DNA of 64,000 nt from Octopus sinensis (taxonomy: Eukaryota): positions 24,986,001 through 25,050,000 of the forward strand of contig NC_043006.1 in the NCBI RefSeq assembly GCF_006345805.1, in the 5' to 3' direction. A program made the position numbers and the translations under genes. Shown here piece by piece: positions 23,701 to 36,059 of this stretch. Numbering within the stretch: position 1 is the stretch's first letter; every line of letters begins with the position of its first letter. The notes under the pieces were generated by a model. The model saw nothing but the letters and a program-made list of their open reading frames with translations. It had not been told where the DNA came from and did not search any database.

Positions 23701-24097
23701 TTTTTGAATAAGATTATTTTCCCTATTTATTTATATTTGGTCAGTGGTGTTAAACAAAATGTTTAATAAGACTGCTATAGAAGTGCTCAATTAAATAAGA
23801 CAAATATATTAAACTATGGTTGCAGAACAAACAAATGTTTCTGCACAAGCTTCCCATATGTCTTAACGTCTTTTAATTTTTAATTTTTTATATATTTTTC
23901 ATTTTTTCCTTTTCCCTTTTTAATTGTGCGAATGTGTACATGTGTGAGTATATGTATATGCATGTATATATGTGTGTGCGTGTGTAGGTGTGTGATAGGA
24001 GGGTGTATATGTGTGTGTGTGTGTGTGTTTATTATGTTATGCGTGTATGCATGCAAAACACATGTGTATATGAGGATGAGGTTGTGTACAAATATAC

Positions 24098-24181
<84 letters not shown>

Positions 24182-24989
24182 ATATAGATATATATTATAT
24201 AAAATCTGTTCTGTCTGTCTGTGAGTGTGTCTTCTAGGATCTCGGGCATCCTCCGTCCGATTGCGCTCAAATTTGATATGTAGATACTGACAGTATCATG
24301 GTGTGTATGAGTCTTGAAAAAATTACAAAAATCGATTGCAGGTGAGGATGTGATCGATAAAGACGTGGGAATGTGCATTTGTACATGCAAGTACATCAGC
24401 TGTTGCGATCGATACTACGTGTACACGAGAGAAATGCACATTAAGTTTGCACAAAGAAAGCCGACTGGCTTGAAATAATTCCACAAAATGCAGTATATTT
24501 AAGAGACCAAAAAACTAAGATGCAAAAGAGATATTTTCTTCAAACTTGGTATGAAGGAAGGAAAGACTATTTGGTTTCTCAAGAAGTTTTTTTTTGCCTT
24601 AACTTCGTTTAACAAAACCAAAAATTTTATTGAAATAAAGGCATGCTTAATTATTTTTTAATGAAAAGAAAACACTGATTGCTTTTTATTCAAGGAAGAA
24701 AATGCTATTTTCTTGCTAATAAATGATTTACCATGTTGTGTTCTCCCAGTCAACAGCCTTATCATTACTGGTACTTTAAACTCTTCTGTTGCATAAAATC
24801 GTTTTTCTTTGGAATAGAAAAAAGTCTATCTTTATTTCTTCTTTTGCTGTTGTCTCAAATTTAGGTTAAATCAGTGTTTCTCAAAGGGGAGGCCTATGGG
24901 ATGGGCGGAGAAGTTGTTTTGAGAAAATTTGGTTTAAATGTTTGACAACTCAGCACCGTCCATTGGACAGGGGGGGGGGCATTTTGCTC

Positions 24990-25023
<34 letters not shown>

Positions 25024-25449
25024 GTGCGTATGTGTGTGTGGATATGTGTGTATGAGTACGTACATACACATATATGTTTGTGTGTGTGTATGTGCATGTA
25101 CATTGACATGTTTGTGTGAGTGTGTACATATATAGACGTTGTGAACACTGGAGGTTTATGTCTATGTATTGTGAGAATATGGTTGCGTGTATTTTTTATC
25201 ATTTTTCCTTTTTTCTTTTTCTACCTATTAGAGTGACTTACCTTTTATTCAACGGTTTTTCATAGCATCTATTGCCATTAATAGCCGATGAGAATGCATT
25301 GTAGCTAGTCACATTGACATTCGAAACTCTGAGTACTATAATGACAACTTTTTATTGTTTATTCTAAATTATAACATATATAATATCCTCCATTTATCTA
25401 ATATCGAGATCTCATTCTTTTGTTGTTACTTTTTATTGTTGTTATTTTA

Positions 25450-25489
<40 letters not shown>

Positions 25490-25490
<1 letters not shown>

Positions 25491-25853
25491 TAGCACTATG
25501 ACCTGGCGTTACCGGGTCATTGTGCTAGTGCATACATATACAGCTGCGTGCGTGTGCACATGCACACAAGTACTGTCCAAATCTCTGACCAATCACATAC
25601 AGCTAGCTGGCATTCAATTGGCATATCAATTTTCAGGCATTTTGATTGGGTTTTGGATAGAAAATTTACAAAACAGTCACTTCTATTAATTTTTTAATGG
25701 CTTTGCAGGGTGACTGGGGAAATGTAAAGATGTGCACGACCACCCTTGGATCGTTTTAAATGACCATAAAAAGTGTGAGCCCTCTAACTGAAAAATTGTG
25801 GATTTGTAGAGAGGACACACACACAGACATTTTGCCGCTTATATATATAGAGA
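25490..25853 (-). mobile_element. Complete non-autonomous Helitron (~364 bp)
   Basis: Minus strand: A|TCTCTATATATATAAGCGG... CCCGGTAACGCCAGG hairpin-TCATAGTG-CTAG|T, giving canonical TC/CTAG ends in an AT target. Confidence 0.75.
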
Positions 25854-25942
25854 TATAATGACAACGAAAGAATGAGACCTCAATATTATATATACGTGTG
25901 TGTGTATGTGTGTGTCTGTCTGAGTGTGTGTGTGTATATATT

Positions 25943-26315
25943 ACTCTTTTATTCTTACTTGTTTCTGTAATTTGAGTGTGGCCATGCTGGAGCACTGCCT
26001 TTTAGTTGAAGAAATCAACCACTGGACATATTCTTTGTAAGCCTGGTGCTTATTCTATCAATATTTTCTGCTGATCTGCTAAGTTATGGGGACGTAAACA
26101 CACCAACATAAGTTTCTAAGTGATGGACGGGGTATAAACATACACACTAATACACACACATAATATTTATAGAGGACATACTTCAATCAGTTTCTGTCAA
26201 CGAAATCCACTGGCATGGCTTTGGTCAGCCCAAGGCTATAGTAGAAATTGCTCAGGGACTGAATCCTGAACAATGTGGTTGGCAAGCAAGCTTCTTAGCA
26301 CACAGCCATGCCCGC
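25943..26315 (-). mobile_element. SINE family A (diverged)
   Basis: Family match. Confidence 0.8.
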
Positions 26316-26366
26316 GTCTCCCTCTCTCTCTCTCTCTCTCTACACACACATATATATATAATATAC

Positions 26367-26647
26367 GCAATGGCCCAGTGGTTAGGGCAGCAGACTCACA
26401 GTTGTAGGATCGCGGTTTCGATTCCCAGACCGGGCATTGTGAGTGTTTATTGAGCGAAAACACCTAAAAGGTCCACGAGGCTCCGGCAGGTGGTGGTGAT
26501 CCCTGGTGTACTCTTTCACCACTCTTTCTCCCACTCTCCCTTCTGTTGGCCTGCTTGCTTAGCCAGCGGGGTGGCGTCATTCGAAGGCTAAAACAATGCA
26601 AACGCATTGTGACCAGTGATGTGTAACAACATGTGATTGTCTGGTCG
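26367..26647 (+). mobile_element. tRNA-derived SINE family C
   Basis: Homologous to 1063-1360 over its full length. Confidence 0.85.
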
Positions 26648-26649
26648 AA

Positions 26650-26682
<33 letters not shown>

Positions 26683-26822
26683 ACATACACATATATATAC
26701 ATGCATATATACACACACACATATATATATGTACATATATACATATATATATATATATACACATATATATATATGTATACATATATATACATATACATAC
26801 ATATATATACATATACACTATA

Positions 26823-26872
<50 letters not shown>

Positions 26873-26884
26873 CTATGTATATAT

Positions 26885-26938
<54 letters not shown>

Positions 26939-26949
26939 CGATATAGATA

Positions 26950-27200
26950 CATAATGAAAGTAACTGAAAATGAAATTGAAACTATATAATAGTGAAAATA
27001 TTAATAGAGATGTTAGTGTTACATTTTTGACACAATACAGAAACAGTGTAAGAGATAAGAGATTGCTACGGGCTCACATTAGGCAAGAAGTTGAAAATTT
27101 GTTTGATACTGCATAGACCCTAAGTAAGGCATGTGTAAAATTTGAATGAAATCCGTTGGGTAGTTCTTGAGTTTTAATGATGCACACATACACAGACAGA
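26950..27200 (-). mobile_element. Non-autonomous Helitron-like 5' portion
   Basis: Same family as 10030-10283. Confidence 0.6.
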
Positions 27201-27290
27201 CATTATATCATATATGATATCATATATCATATATTGTATATATATTCTTTTATTCATTTCAGCCATGCAAATGCAGTCAATCTTTTACTT

Positions 27291-27401
27291 GCATTATTTA
27301 CATTCAACAGATATTTGTCCTCACCTTGTTTGTTGTTAACACTTGTTTGGTGTTAACAACAGACAACATGAGGACAAATATCCGTTGAATGTAAATAATG
27401 T
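27291..27401. repeat. Hairpin, ~52-bp arms, built from a PLE-type repeat
   Basis: The arm GTGTTAACAACAGACAACATGAGGACAAATATCCGTTGAATGTAAATAATG is homologous to 29082-29140. Confidence 0.85.
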
Positions 27402-27447
27402 AAATAATGCACATAGTTCCTCATCTCTTAAATATAGAACTGTATGC

Positions 27448-27693
27448 TCTTACTTGTTTCAGTCATTTGACTGAAGCCATGCTGGAGCACTGCCTTTTGT
27501 CAAACAAATCATCCCAGGACCTATTCTTTGTAAGCCTAGTATTTATTCTATCGGCCTCATTTACTGAACTGCTAGGTTATGGGGATGTAAACACACCAGC
27601 ATCTGTTGTCAAGCAATGGTGGGGGTACAAAAACAGACACACAAATACATATGTATATATGTATATATATAATATATATTATATATATATATA

Positions 27694-27739
<46 letters not shown>

Positions 27740-27900
27740 TCATATACGAAAGGTTCCTTTCAGTTTCCATTTACTAAATCCACTCACAGGGCTTTGGTTG
27801 GCACAAGGCTATAGTAGAAAATACTTGTCCAAGGTGCCATGCAGTGGGATTTAACCTGGAACCATGTGGTTGGTAAACAAGCTTCTTACCACACAACCAC
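27448..27900 (-). mobile_element. SINE family A
   Basis: Family match. Confidence 0.85.
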
Positions 27901-28340
27901 TAAGGAAAATGGAAGGTTTGAACACAGAAAAAAAAATCAATTTATTTATGTCATTGTCAATTTCATATCACCTACATACATTTGAGCTTCTTACCTTCAT
28001 TCATAGTTTATACAGTGATAATACACTTTTTGCACTAGATAACCTGTCTAATAGGAGATTAGAAATATATAAACCCTACCATAAGCCAAATACCAACCTA
28101 AAATACATTGACATAAGTAGTAACCATCCAAAAAGCATTACACTTAGACTAGTTGAAAATATTTCAAAAGGATTTTAACTCACTGGACAAATGAGGAAAT
28201 TTTAAAACAGAATGTAGATTATTTTAATATAGCACTAAATAAGACAAGATATAAGCAAAAGTCAAAATACTATGGACCAAAGAATAACACTAATGATAGG
28301 AACTATATGAATGAAGAAAGATACAAGCAAAAATTAAAAT
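27900..28340 (+). mobile_element. Penelope-like RT C-terminal remnant
   Basis: YKPYHKPNTNLKYIDISSNHPKSI matches the PLE PY.KP...Y....SNHP motif. Confidence 0.65.
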
Positions 28341-28344
28341 ACTA

Positions 28345-28870
28345 TGTATCAAACGTAAATTCCAGTGAGCACCTAGAGAGTGCAAACCTCTGCCAAGGCA
28401 ACATTCATATATATAAGTAGCGATCATGATACCAACCACGAAGAAATGATCAAACTAAGAAACAGTCTATTAAGAAATAACTACCCTCAACACATACTAT
28501 CCATTCCAATTATGAAAAAAAGAGAGGATGAAACCAATAAACTGTCCACAGTCTGTTTACCCTATCTGAAAGGCCTCTTTGAAAAGATACAAAAGATATG
28601 TGGCCCATATGACATCAGGACAGTATTCAAGAGTAATACAACACTTAGCAAATATCTCCGAGTAAAACCACCAATAGAAGAAAATATGACGAAAAACTGC
28701 GTGTACTTCATCCCATGCAGCTGGGGTAGGTTATACAAAAGCAAAACATGCCACCCTCTCAAAATAAGGGTAGACAAACATCGCAAAGCTATGACACAAG
28801 GAGATATTGATAAATCGAGTATAGCTGATCATGTATAGAAAAATGGAGACCACCTCCCCCTGTGAGCACA
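28345..28870 (+). mobile_element. Penelope-like (Penelope/Poseidon-type) linker plus degenerate GIY-YIG endonuclease
   Basis: LPYLKGLFEKIQKI...RTVFKS...NCVYFIPCSWGRLYKSKTCHPLKIRVDKH...KSSIADHV. Confidence 0.8.
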
Positions 28871-28926
28871 GGTTACTAAGCACAGGTTACTAACCCCAAG
28901 ATTCTGAGTTCAATTCCAGGCAGTGA

Positions 28927-28929
<3 letters not shown>

Positions 28930-28989
<60 letters not shown>

Positions 28990-29005
28990 CAACAATAACA
29001 ACAGC
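28930..29005. repeat. (AAT)n/(AAC)n microsatellite
   Basis: Directly visible. Confidence 0.95.
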
Positions 29006-29041
29006 AACATCGGAAAATACCAGTTTCAAAATTTCCCCAAG

Positions 29042-29085
29042 ACACCTGATGAAAGCTGGAGGGTATATCAGCCAAAATGTTGTGT
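29042..29085 (+). ncRNA. Decayed hammerhead motif
   Basis: ACAC-CUGAUGA-A-AGCUG(GAGGGUAUAU)CAGCC-AAAAU-GUU-GUGU. Confidence 0.55.
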
Positions 29086-29468
29086 TAACAACAAACAAGA
29101 TGAGGACAAATATTCATCAAATGTAAATAATATAAATAATGTAATGCAATCTTAATTACAAAATATGAATGAAGGTAAGAAAGTGAAATGTATGTAGTCA
29201 ATATGGAATTGACTATTATATAAATAAACTGATTTTGTTCTGTGTTCAAACTCTCCATTTTCCTCATATTATATTATTGAAATTCTATACTCCTATATCG
29301 AATGGATGAAAACATCTATCACAACTACTGGAATTTCATAAGTGTTAACACTAATACTAATACAAATTAATGAATTCCAAGTATATTAATCAAGGTGGAG
29401 CTAAACCAGTGTATGCTTGGATAGAATACATCCCTGTGAAAGAGCAACCCCTTTCCATTCAAAACTAT

Positions 29469-29504
<36 letters not shown>

Positions 29505-29679
29505 CATATATTGTGTGTGTATCTATATGTATATATATGTATATATACATATATATATATATAATATATATATATAATATATATATATATATATTATATA
29601 TATATTATATATATATATATATATGTATACATAGATAGATAGATATAGATAAATATATATTATTCATATATATATTTTC

Positions 29680-30065
29680 TTTCTTTTATTCTATTATTTG
29701 TTTCAGTCATTTGATTGTGGCCATGCTGGAGCACCGACTTTAGTTGGGCAAATCAACCCCAGGACTTATTCTTTGTAAGCCTAGTACATATTCTATTGGT
29801 CGCTTCTGTCGAACCGCTAAGTTATGAAGACATAAACACACAAGCCTCAGTTGTCAAGTGATGGTGGGGGTATAAACACAGACAGACAAACAAACACACA
29901 CACAACGAGCTTCATTTAGTTTCCATCTACCAAATCCACTCACAAGGCTTTGGTCGGCTTGAGGCTATAGTAGAAGAAACTTGCTCAAGCTGCCACGCAG
30001 TGGGGCTGAACCCAGAACCATGTGGTTGGTAAGCAAGCTACTTACCACACAGCCACTCCTGCGCC
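29680..30065 (-). mobile_element. SINE family A
   Basis: Family match. Confidence 0.85.
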
Positions 30066-30448
30066 TATATATATATGTATTTATATATATGCGTACATAT
30101 ATATATACACACATATATATATATGTGCATTGTTTTACACCATTTTATTCCTTCTGGAATAATACCAATGTTGTCTTCGAAACATATGTCAGAAGTAAAA
30201 GAAGTTAAATAACACCTGCATTTAACTCCATTTATTTATTTATCTATATTATACAAAACATTTCACCTAAACCTGGAGTTTCTACCTTTATAAATAGGTT
30301 GTTACATCCTTGTTACTTGTGTGAATTTTTGCTACCCTGGTAACTGTTTATATATTTTTGTGTGTTATTTGTAAACACTGGAAAAACATGCGTACATTTA
30401 TATATATATATATATAATCAAAATAAGCAACAAGGATATCCAGAGGTA

Positions 30449-30538
30449 ATGCAGTATGATCGTTTCATGCGACTCCATTTAATTAAACAATGCAAATATT
30501 ACATCAGTTTTAAAATGTAGAGCAATCTTCAGCTGCAT
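30449..30538 (-). ncRNA. Extended-stem-II hammerhead, copy 1 (stem III mismatch)
   Basis: AUGCAG-CUGAAGA-[~61 nt]-GAA-ACGAUCAU-A-CUGCAU, within a repeat spanning ~30410-30720. Confidence 0.6.
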
Positions 30539-32299
30539 AAAAATATAGAATTTAGTTAAATTCAAAGGATTCATTTGTATAATTATTCTTTTAACCAAAA
30601 TCACAAAGAGGATAAGTAGATAGACAAAGAACATGTTTCATCAACTACATCATAGTTGTAACTGATATTTTTTCACAGGAAGACACTGCTTATCATTGAT
30701 TTTAATTTGTTATTTCGATTTACTCCTGGATGGTGGTGGGGGTTAGTTCTAATTTATATACTAGTTTATCAAAACTAATTGAAACTAGAGTCTATCTTTT
30801 ATGGATAGAGTAAAAAGACAGTTTAAGTGGTAGAGTCATAAATCAAGTTCTCTTTGAAGTAGAAACCATTCGGGGTCAGTAAGAATATATTTCAGCCAAA
30901 ATTTTCAGGCTTAAGCTGATGGGGTAGGGAGAGTAAAACTTATATTGCTTAACTATCTAACAACCATAAACTCAGCAATAATTTGAAATGTATAGTTACA
31001 TTTTAGGGCGTTTTTATCCACACACAAAAAACTCAGAATAATTTCAGTATTTTACACAATAGGGATGGAGAATGTAGAAACAATTCCATATTTATATAAA
31101 CTTGGTATTAATAAGTTAAATTAAAGGAATATGTTAAAAATTTATATATTTTCTATATGCTAATAATCTTAGAACATATTTCTTGTATTATAAAATAAAT
31201 AGTGAAATATATATCAGTATGGTTCTTTATGAGGTTGAGTATGAAATTTACAGAAATATATTATAAATAAAATGATATAGTGAGTAAATAAGTAAGAAAA
31301 AATGGTTTAAAATTAAAATGAAGAAATGTAAATGAGCATAATGAAAAATAAATATAAATTCCTGAAGAATATTATAGACAAGGGGTAGAACAGATATGTG
31401 TTCTAAAAACTTATTATAAAATATACCTAGCTTATTTATATTAATAGGTGAGGTAAGTTGTAAGAAGAAATTTTCTTAAAATTCTATAATTTTTAGACTA
31501 AAATTTATATTTACTTATCATGAGAATTACCATAAATGACTTGTGTTTAATACCAGGTAAAGAAATGATCAAGTTATTGGACAAAAGTTATATTATTAAT
31601 AAAACTTATATAAAATTTTGGGTTCTATTATAGATTTAAGAAAATGCTATTATTATTCCTTATATGATAATTTATAATTATTAATTGGTACTTATAAAAT
31701 GTCATTTTCTTATTTATTTATAATCTATTTATAAAGCTTTCTAATACATACAAAGATCATGAGGGTAGAGTTGTTTTAGAGAAATAAAAACCAAGTAACT
31801 TAGATATTGTTATCTATTCTTTATCAGGTTTTGAATATTAATTACAGGCATTTAGAAGATCTTTTTATGAGGAGATTCTCAGTAAATAAGGCATTAATTG
31901 GCTCACATACCAAAATCTTTAAAATACAATGGAAGGGAGGTAACCAAAATGTAAATTTTAAAAAAATGAAAATAGAAATATTCAATTTATATTTTGTATT
32001 AAGAGTGAAGTGTTGTTATATGGGGTATAATAATTTAGGTTTATCAGAGGTAATATTTATAATATTGAAAAAGGATTAGGTGGAGTAGAATTCTCGCAGA
32101 AATAGATATGAAAATTACCAAATCTTTAAAACTTATTGTGCATTAAGTATACAACTTAATAACTTCATTAGATATATAGAATTCATGTAATAATTATAGA
32201 AATTTAAAAAATTTTATTCAACTTTATTCAATTTGCTTATGTTATTAAATTTCTTAATAACCATTGCTGATTAAATAATAAAAAGTAGTAGAGTATGCT

Positions 32300-33060
32300 A
32301 TTTCCTTATTGATTTTTTAAAAAAACATTAAGATCTAAAATTTAAGAATATTTAAATGTATACACGATACTTCTAGTTCAAAATGGTTATTTAATAAGTT
32401 TACATTATCTCTATGTTTCAAAATTTCATATATTTCCATAGAGCAAAGCTCACATCCATCTTTACTATTTTTATAAGGTTGTGCCTTTCTTATTATGTCC
32501 CATTTAAGGCTAAATCTAATTTTCTTTTCTTTTAACTCCAAATTTTATTAGATAATGTTGTGCAACTTGCCTTATGTTTAAGTCTAAAAGATGAATTGTG
32601 ATTGTTTATACATTTCTTCAAATCTATTGTGCAACCGAAGTAAATAAAGTTATTTGAAGTCATTACTGTACATTTATATACTACGTTTTGGACCAGACAC
32701 CGACTAGATACTGGACAGTGGGACTTGGTTCTACAATTACAACAAGGGGAATCATTTTTGATATTAGTATTATTTGGAAACAAGTTGCTTTTATTATTAT
32801 TATTTAAACCATTATTAACATTAATAGTATCATCCTTATCTATAATTATATTATTAGGTAAGTTATGGTTTTGACTGTTTGTTTCCAATTTTTCCTCCAC
32901 CCCCTTATCATATGTTTATCTTATTACCATCATATATACAAGTAGTATCTATGTGCGCATATGTACTGGAACTGTATTCAGTAATATTCAGTATTATTAG
33001 TCCTAATATCATTTATATCACGCACCTCATCAATTTCAATAATATTATTATCATTATAGG
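32300..33060 (-). mobile_element. Penelope-like element C-terminus, Naiad-type Cys linker plus GIY-YIG endonuclease
   Basis: CNCRTKSHCPVSSRC (CxCx5Cx5C), VVYKCTV, YFGCT, NNHNSSF, TLSNKIW, KWDIIRKAQPY, CELCSME. Confidence 0.8.
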
Positions 33061-33230
33061 TGTTTGAGTTTTGGTTAGTAGAAATATTATTATTTTTTTT
33101 TATTTCATATAACTATTATTTTTATTTCTATCATTTTCATTTTTATTTCTATTATTATTGTTAGTATCATTCTCATTATTACTGTTATTATTGATATTAT
33201 TGATATTATTATTATTATTATTTATATTAA

Positions 33231-33257
<27 letters not shown>

Positions 33258-33261
<4 letters not shown>

Positions 33262-34622
33262 TAGTTTTATTTTTATAGCGTGCTTTCACTTCACTACCGA
33301 GCGCAGCTCTGTGTGCCTTGGGTATGTGCTGTGATTTGTTGTGATGCTCTGATGGTTATTGTATGGAAAGTGTTCTGCGTAGGATGTGTGCAGTGCCTAG
33401 TAGTGCAATTTTCTGTATGTTATATGTGTTTGTAAGTCCTGGTGTTTTTGTTATGTATTTGTCTGAATATTTTTTTATCATGCCTAATGCACCTACTATG
33501 ATAGGAATTGTTTCTGTTTTCAGATTCCACATTCTAGTTACCTCTATTTCCAGGTCTTTGTATTTTGAGAGTTTCTCCATTTCTTTTAGAGACACGTTGT
33601 CATCAGCCGGTATTGATACATCAATTAGAAAGCATTTTTTTCTTCATGATCTCTGACAACTATATCTGGTCTGTTGGCCTTAATTTCTCTATCTGTGTGT
33701 ATCGGCATATCCCAGAGTATGGTTGCTTTCTCGTTTTCTGTGACCTTTTCTGGTGTGTGCCTATACCATCTTTTTTCTGTTGTTATTCCATAATGTTGGC
33801 ATAGCTTCCAATGTATGTAGGTTCCAACTCTGTCATGTCTGTGAATATATTCCTTCTTAGCCAGGACTGGGCAGCCAGAGATAATATGATTTATTGTTTC
33901 TTATCCATCTCCACATATTCTGCAGTTACTTGTAATATTTCTTTTCATTACATGTTTTTGGTAATTTCTGGTGGGGAGGCTTTGGTCTTGTGCTGCAATT
34001 AAAAATCCCTCTGTTTCTGCTTTGAGTCCTGAGCTTCTCAACCATTGCTGGGATTTTTCTTTGTCTATTTCTTTTGCGTTTAGTTTAGTCCAGTATTTAC
34101 CATGAAGGGGCTTTTCTTGCCATCGTTTTATCATGGTTCGTTGCTGTTCTATTTTTAGTTTGGATTTCATTTGTTTTATAGCTTTTGTTGTTTCTTCATA
34201 TTCTTCTTCTTCTTCATGTTTATTAGGTGGTATGATTTCTTGTTTGTATTTGTCAGCTTCCTTAAATACTGAGAACAGTTTTTTGTTTTGCTCGTGTTTT
34301 GCCACTATCTGGATCAGTTTTCCTCCTTCTGAAGTAGATATTTTTGCAGTCCTATGGTGGTTATTTTATAGTAGTTTTCCAGCTGTATAAGGCCTCTACC
34401 ACCTTCTATACGTTGTATATATAGTCTTTCTATGTCAAATTTTGGTGATGCATCCTAGATCCTGTCATTATTTTTCTTGTTTTCCTATCTATTTTGGTCA
34501 GTTCATTTCGTGTCCAGTTAAGGATATTGTAGCTGTAACTTATAACTGGGACAGCTAAAGTGTTGATACCTATTATCTTGTTTTTAGCATTGAGCTCTGT
34601 GTTTAGTATTGATCTAACTCGT
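33258..34622 (-). mobile_element. 5'-truncated R4/Dong-like LINE within a (TAA)n microsatellite
   Basis: LHGKY, LKAETEGFLIAAQDQSLPT, CRICG...HIISGC zinc finger, RLE IDVSIP...EKLSKYKDL, IPIIVGALG, 3'UTR ending in (TAA)n; (TAA)n also at the 5' junction. Confidence 0.92.
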
Positions 34623-34629
34623 CTATAAT

Positions 34630-34636
34630 ATTATTA

Positions 34637-34732
<96 letters not shown>
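34630..34732. repeat. (TTA)n microsatellite
   Basis: Directly visible. Confidence 0.95.
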
Positions 34733-34733
<1 letters not shown>

Positions 34734-35154
34734 TCCAACATTTCTGGCTAGTTTAATTTTTTCTATTTAATTTAGCTATGATGGTACTTATATTTGGTAG
34801 AGTAGAGTATGATATTCTAACTGTTTTACGAGCCCTTTTAGTTATTCCAGCAATAGCTACAAAAACCATACAAATGTCAAAAAACCAAAAATATCAAATA
34901 CATAAATAATTTCAATATCCTAACAATGATATAATACTAATCCTAGCTAAAATAAAACAATCTCCAACTCGATTTATTAACACTGTCAAAGATTTATTAT
35001 TCTGATAATAAATAACTAGACAAAGTGATACTAATCCTAATCCATCTCATCCCAAAATCAAACTAACAAATCTAGGAATAAAAATCAAAAAAATTATAGA
35101 CAAAACAAATAATATTAATACCATCATAAATCACTTAACATTAACATCTCCCTC

Positions 35155-35540
35155 TCTTTTACTCTTTTACTTGTTTCAGTCATTTTGACTGGAGCACCGC
35201 CTTCAGTCAAGCAAATCGACCCCGGGACTTATTCTTTGTAAGCCCAGTACTTATTCTATCGGTCTCTTTTGCCGAACCACTAAGTGACGGGGACGTAAAC
35301 ACACCAGCATCGGTTGTCAAGCAATGCTAGGGGAACAAACTCAGACACACAAACACACACACACACATACATATATACGACAGGCTTCTTTCAGTTTCCG
35401 TCTACCAAATCCACTCACAAGGCATTGGTCGGCCCGGGGCTATAGCAGAAGACACTTGCCCAAGATGCCACGCAGTGGGACTGAACCCGGAACCATGTGT
35501 TTGGTTAGCAAGCTACTTACCACACAGCCACTCCTGCGCC
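35155..35540 (-). mobile_element. SINE family A, young-looking
   Basis: Close to the family consensus. Confidence 0.9.
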
Positions 35541-36059
35541 TCTATGCATCTAACCCTGAAAATACATACCAATCTAGAAATCAAGCAAACTAATCTTCTA
35601 AAACTACAACTTACCCAATCAAATAATATATCTAACTCAACAAACAACCTTATAACGTTAAAAATTTCCCATGAAATAATGTAACAACAATTATTCAAAA
35701 TCAAATATATAAAAAAATGGCTAAAAAAAGAAAAGAAACTAACATTAACAAAATACTAAAAAAGTCTCTAATTTCAACACCTTTTTCATCATCCCCTATT
35801 CTTGATTTATCATCCCTGAGCCATTTCTGTCTCTCTCACCTTACCTGCCCCCTACTGATATTTCCCATCAAGCTGAACCTCCACATCTGTTCAGCAGTTC
35901 ACCTCTACCCCCATCTCATAGCAACTGTTACTCTCCCCCCTCACTCTCATAACCTCAACTTCTCCTCTCTTCTTCTGGATCCACTGTCTATATCCTTTTC
36001 TTATCCTCTTTCCTTGACGAATTGGTTTGACACTCCATCTCTACCATCTAGGACAGTGT

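Noticed and set aside
26367-26440. tRNA-like sequence
   Set aside because: Head of SINE family C, continuous with the SINE body, with no proper acceptor stem; the same applies to the family A heads.
30148-30198. GAAACATATGTC-AGAAG palindromic stem III motif
   Set aside because: No recognisable CUGANGA upstream; possibly decayed but unsupported.
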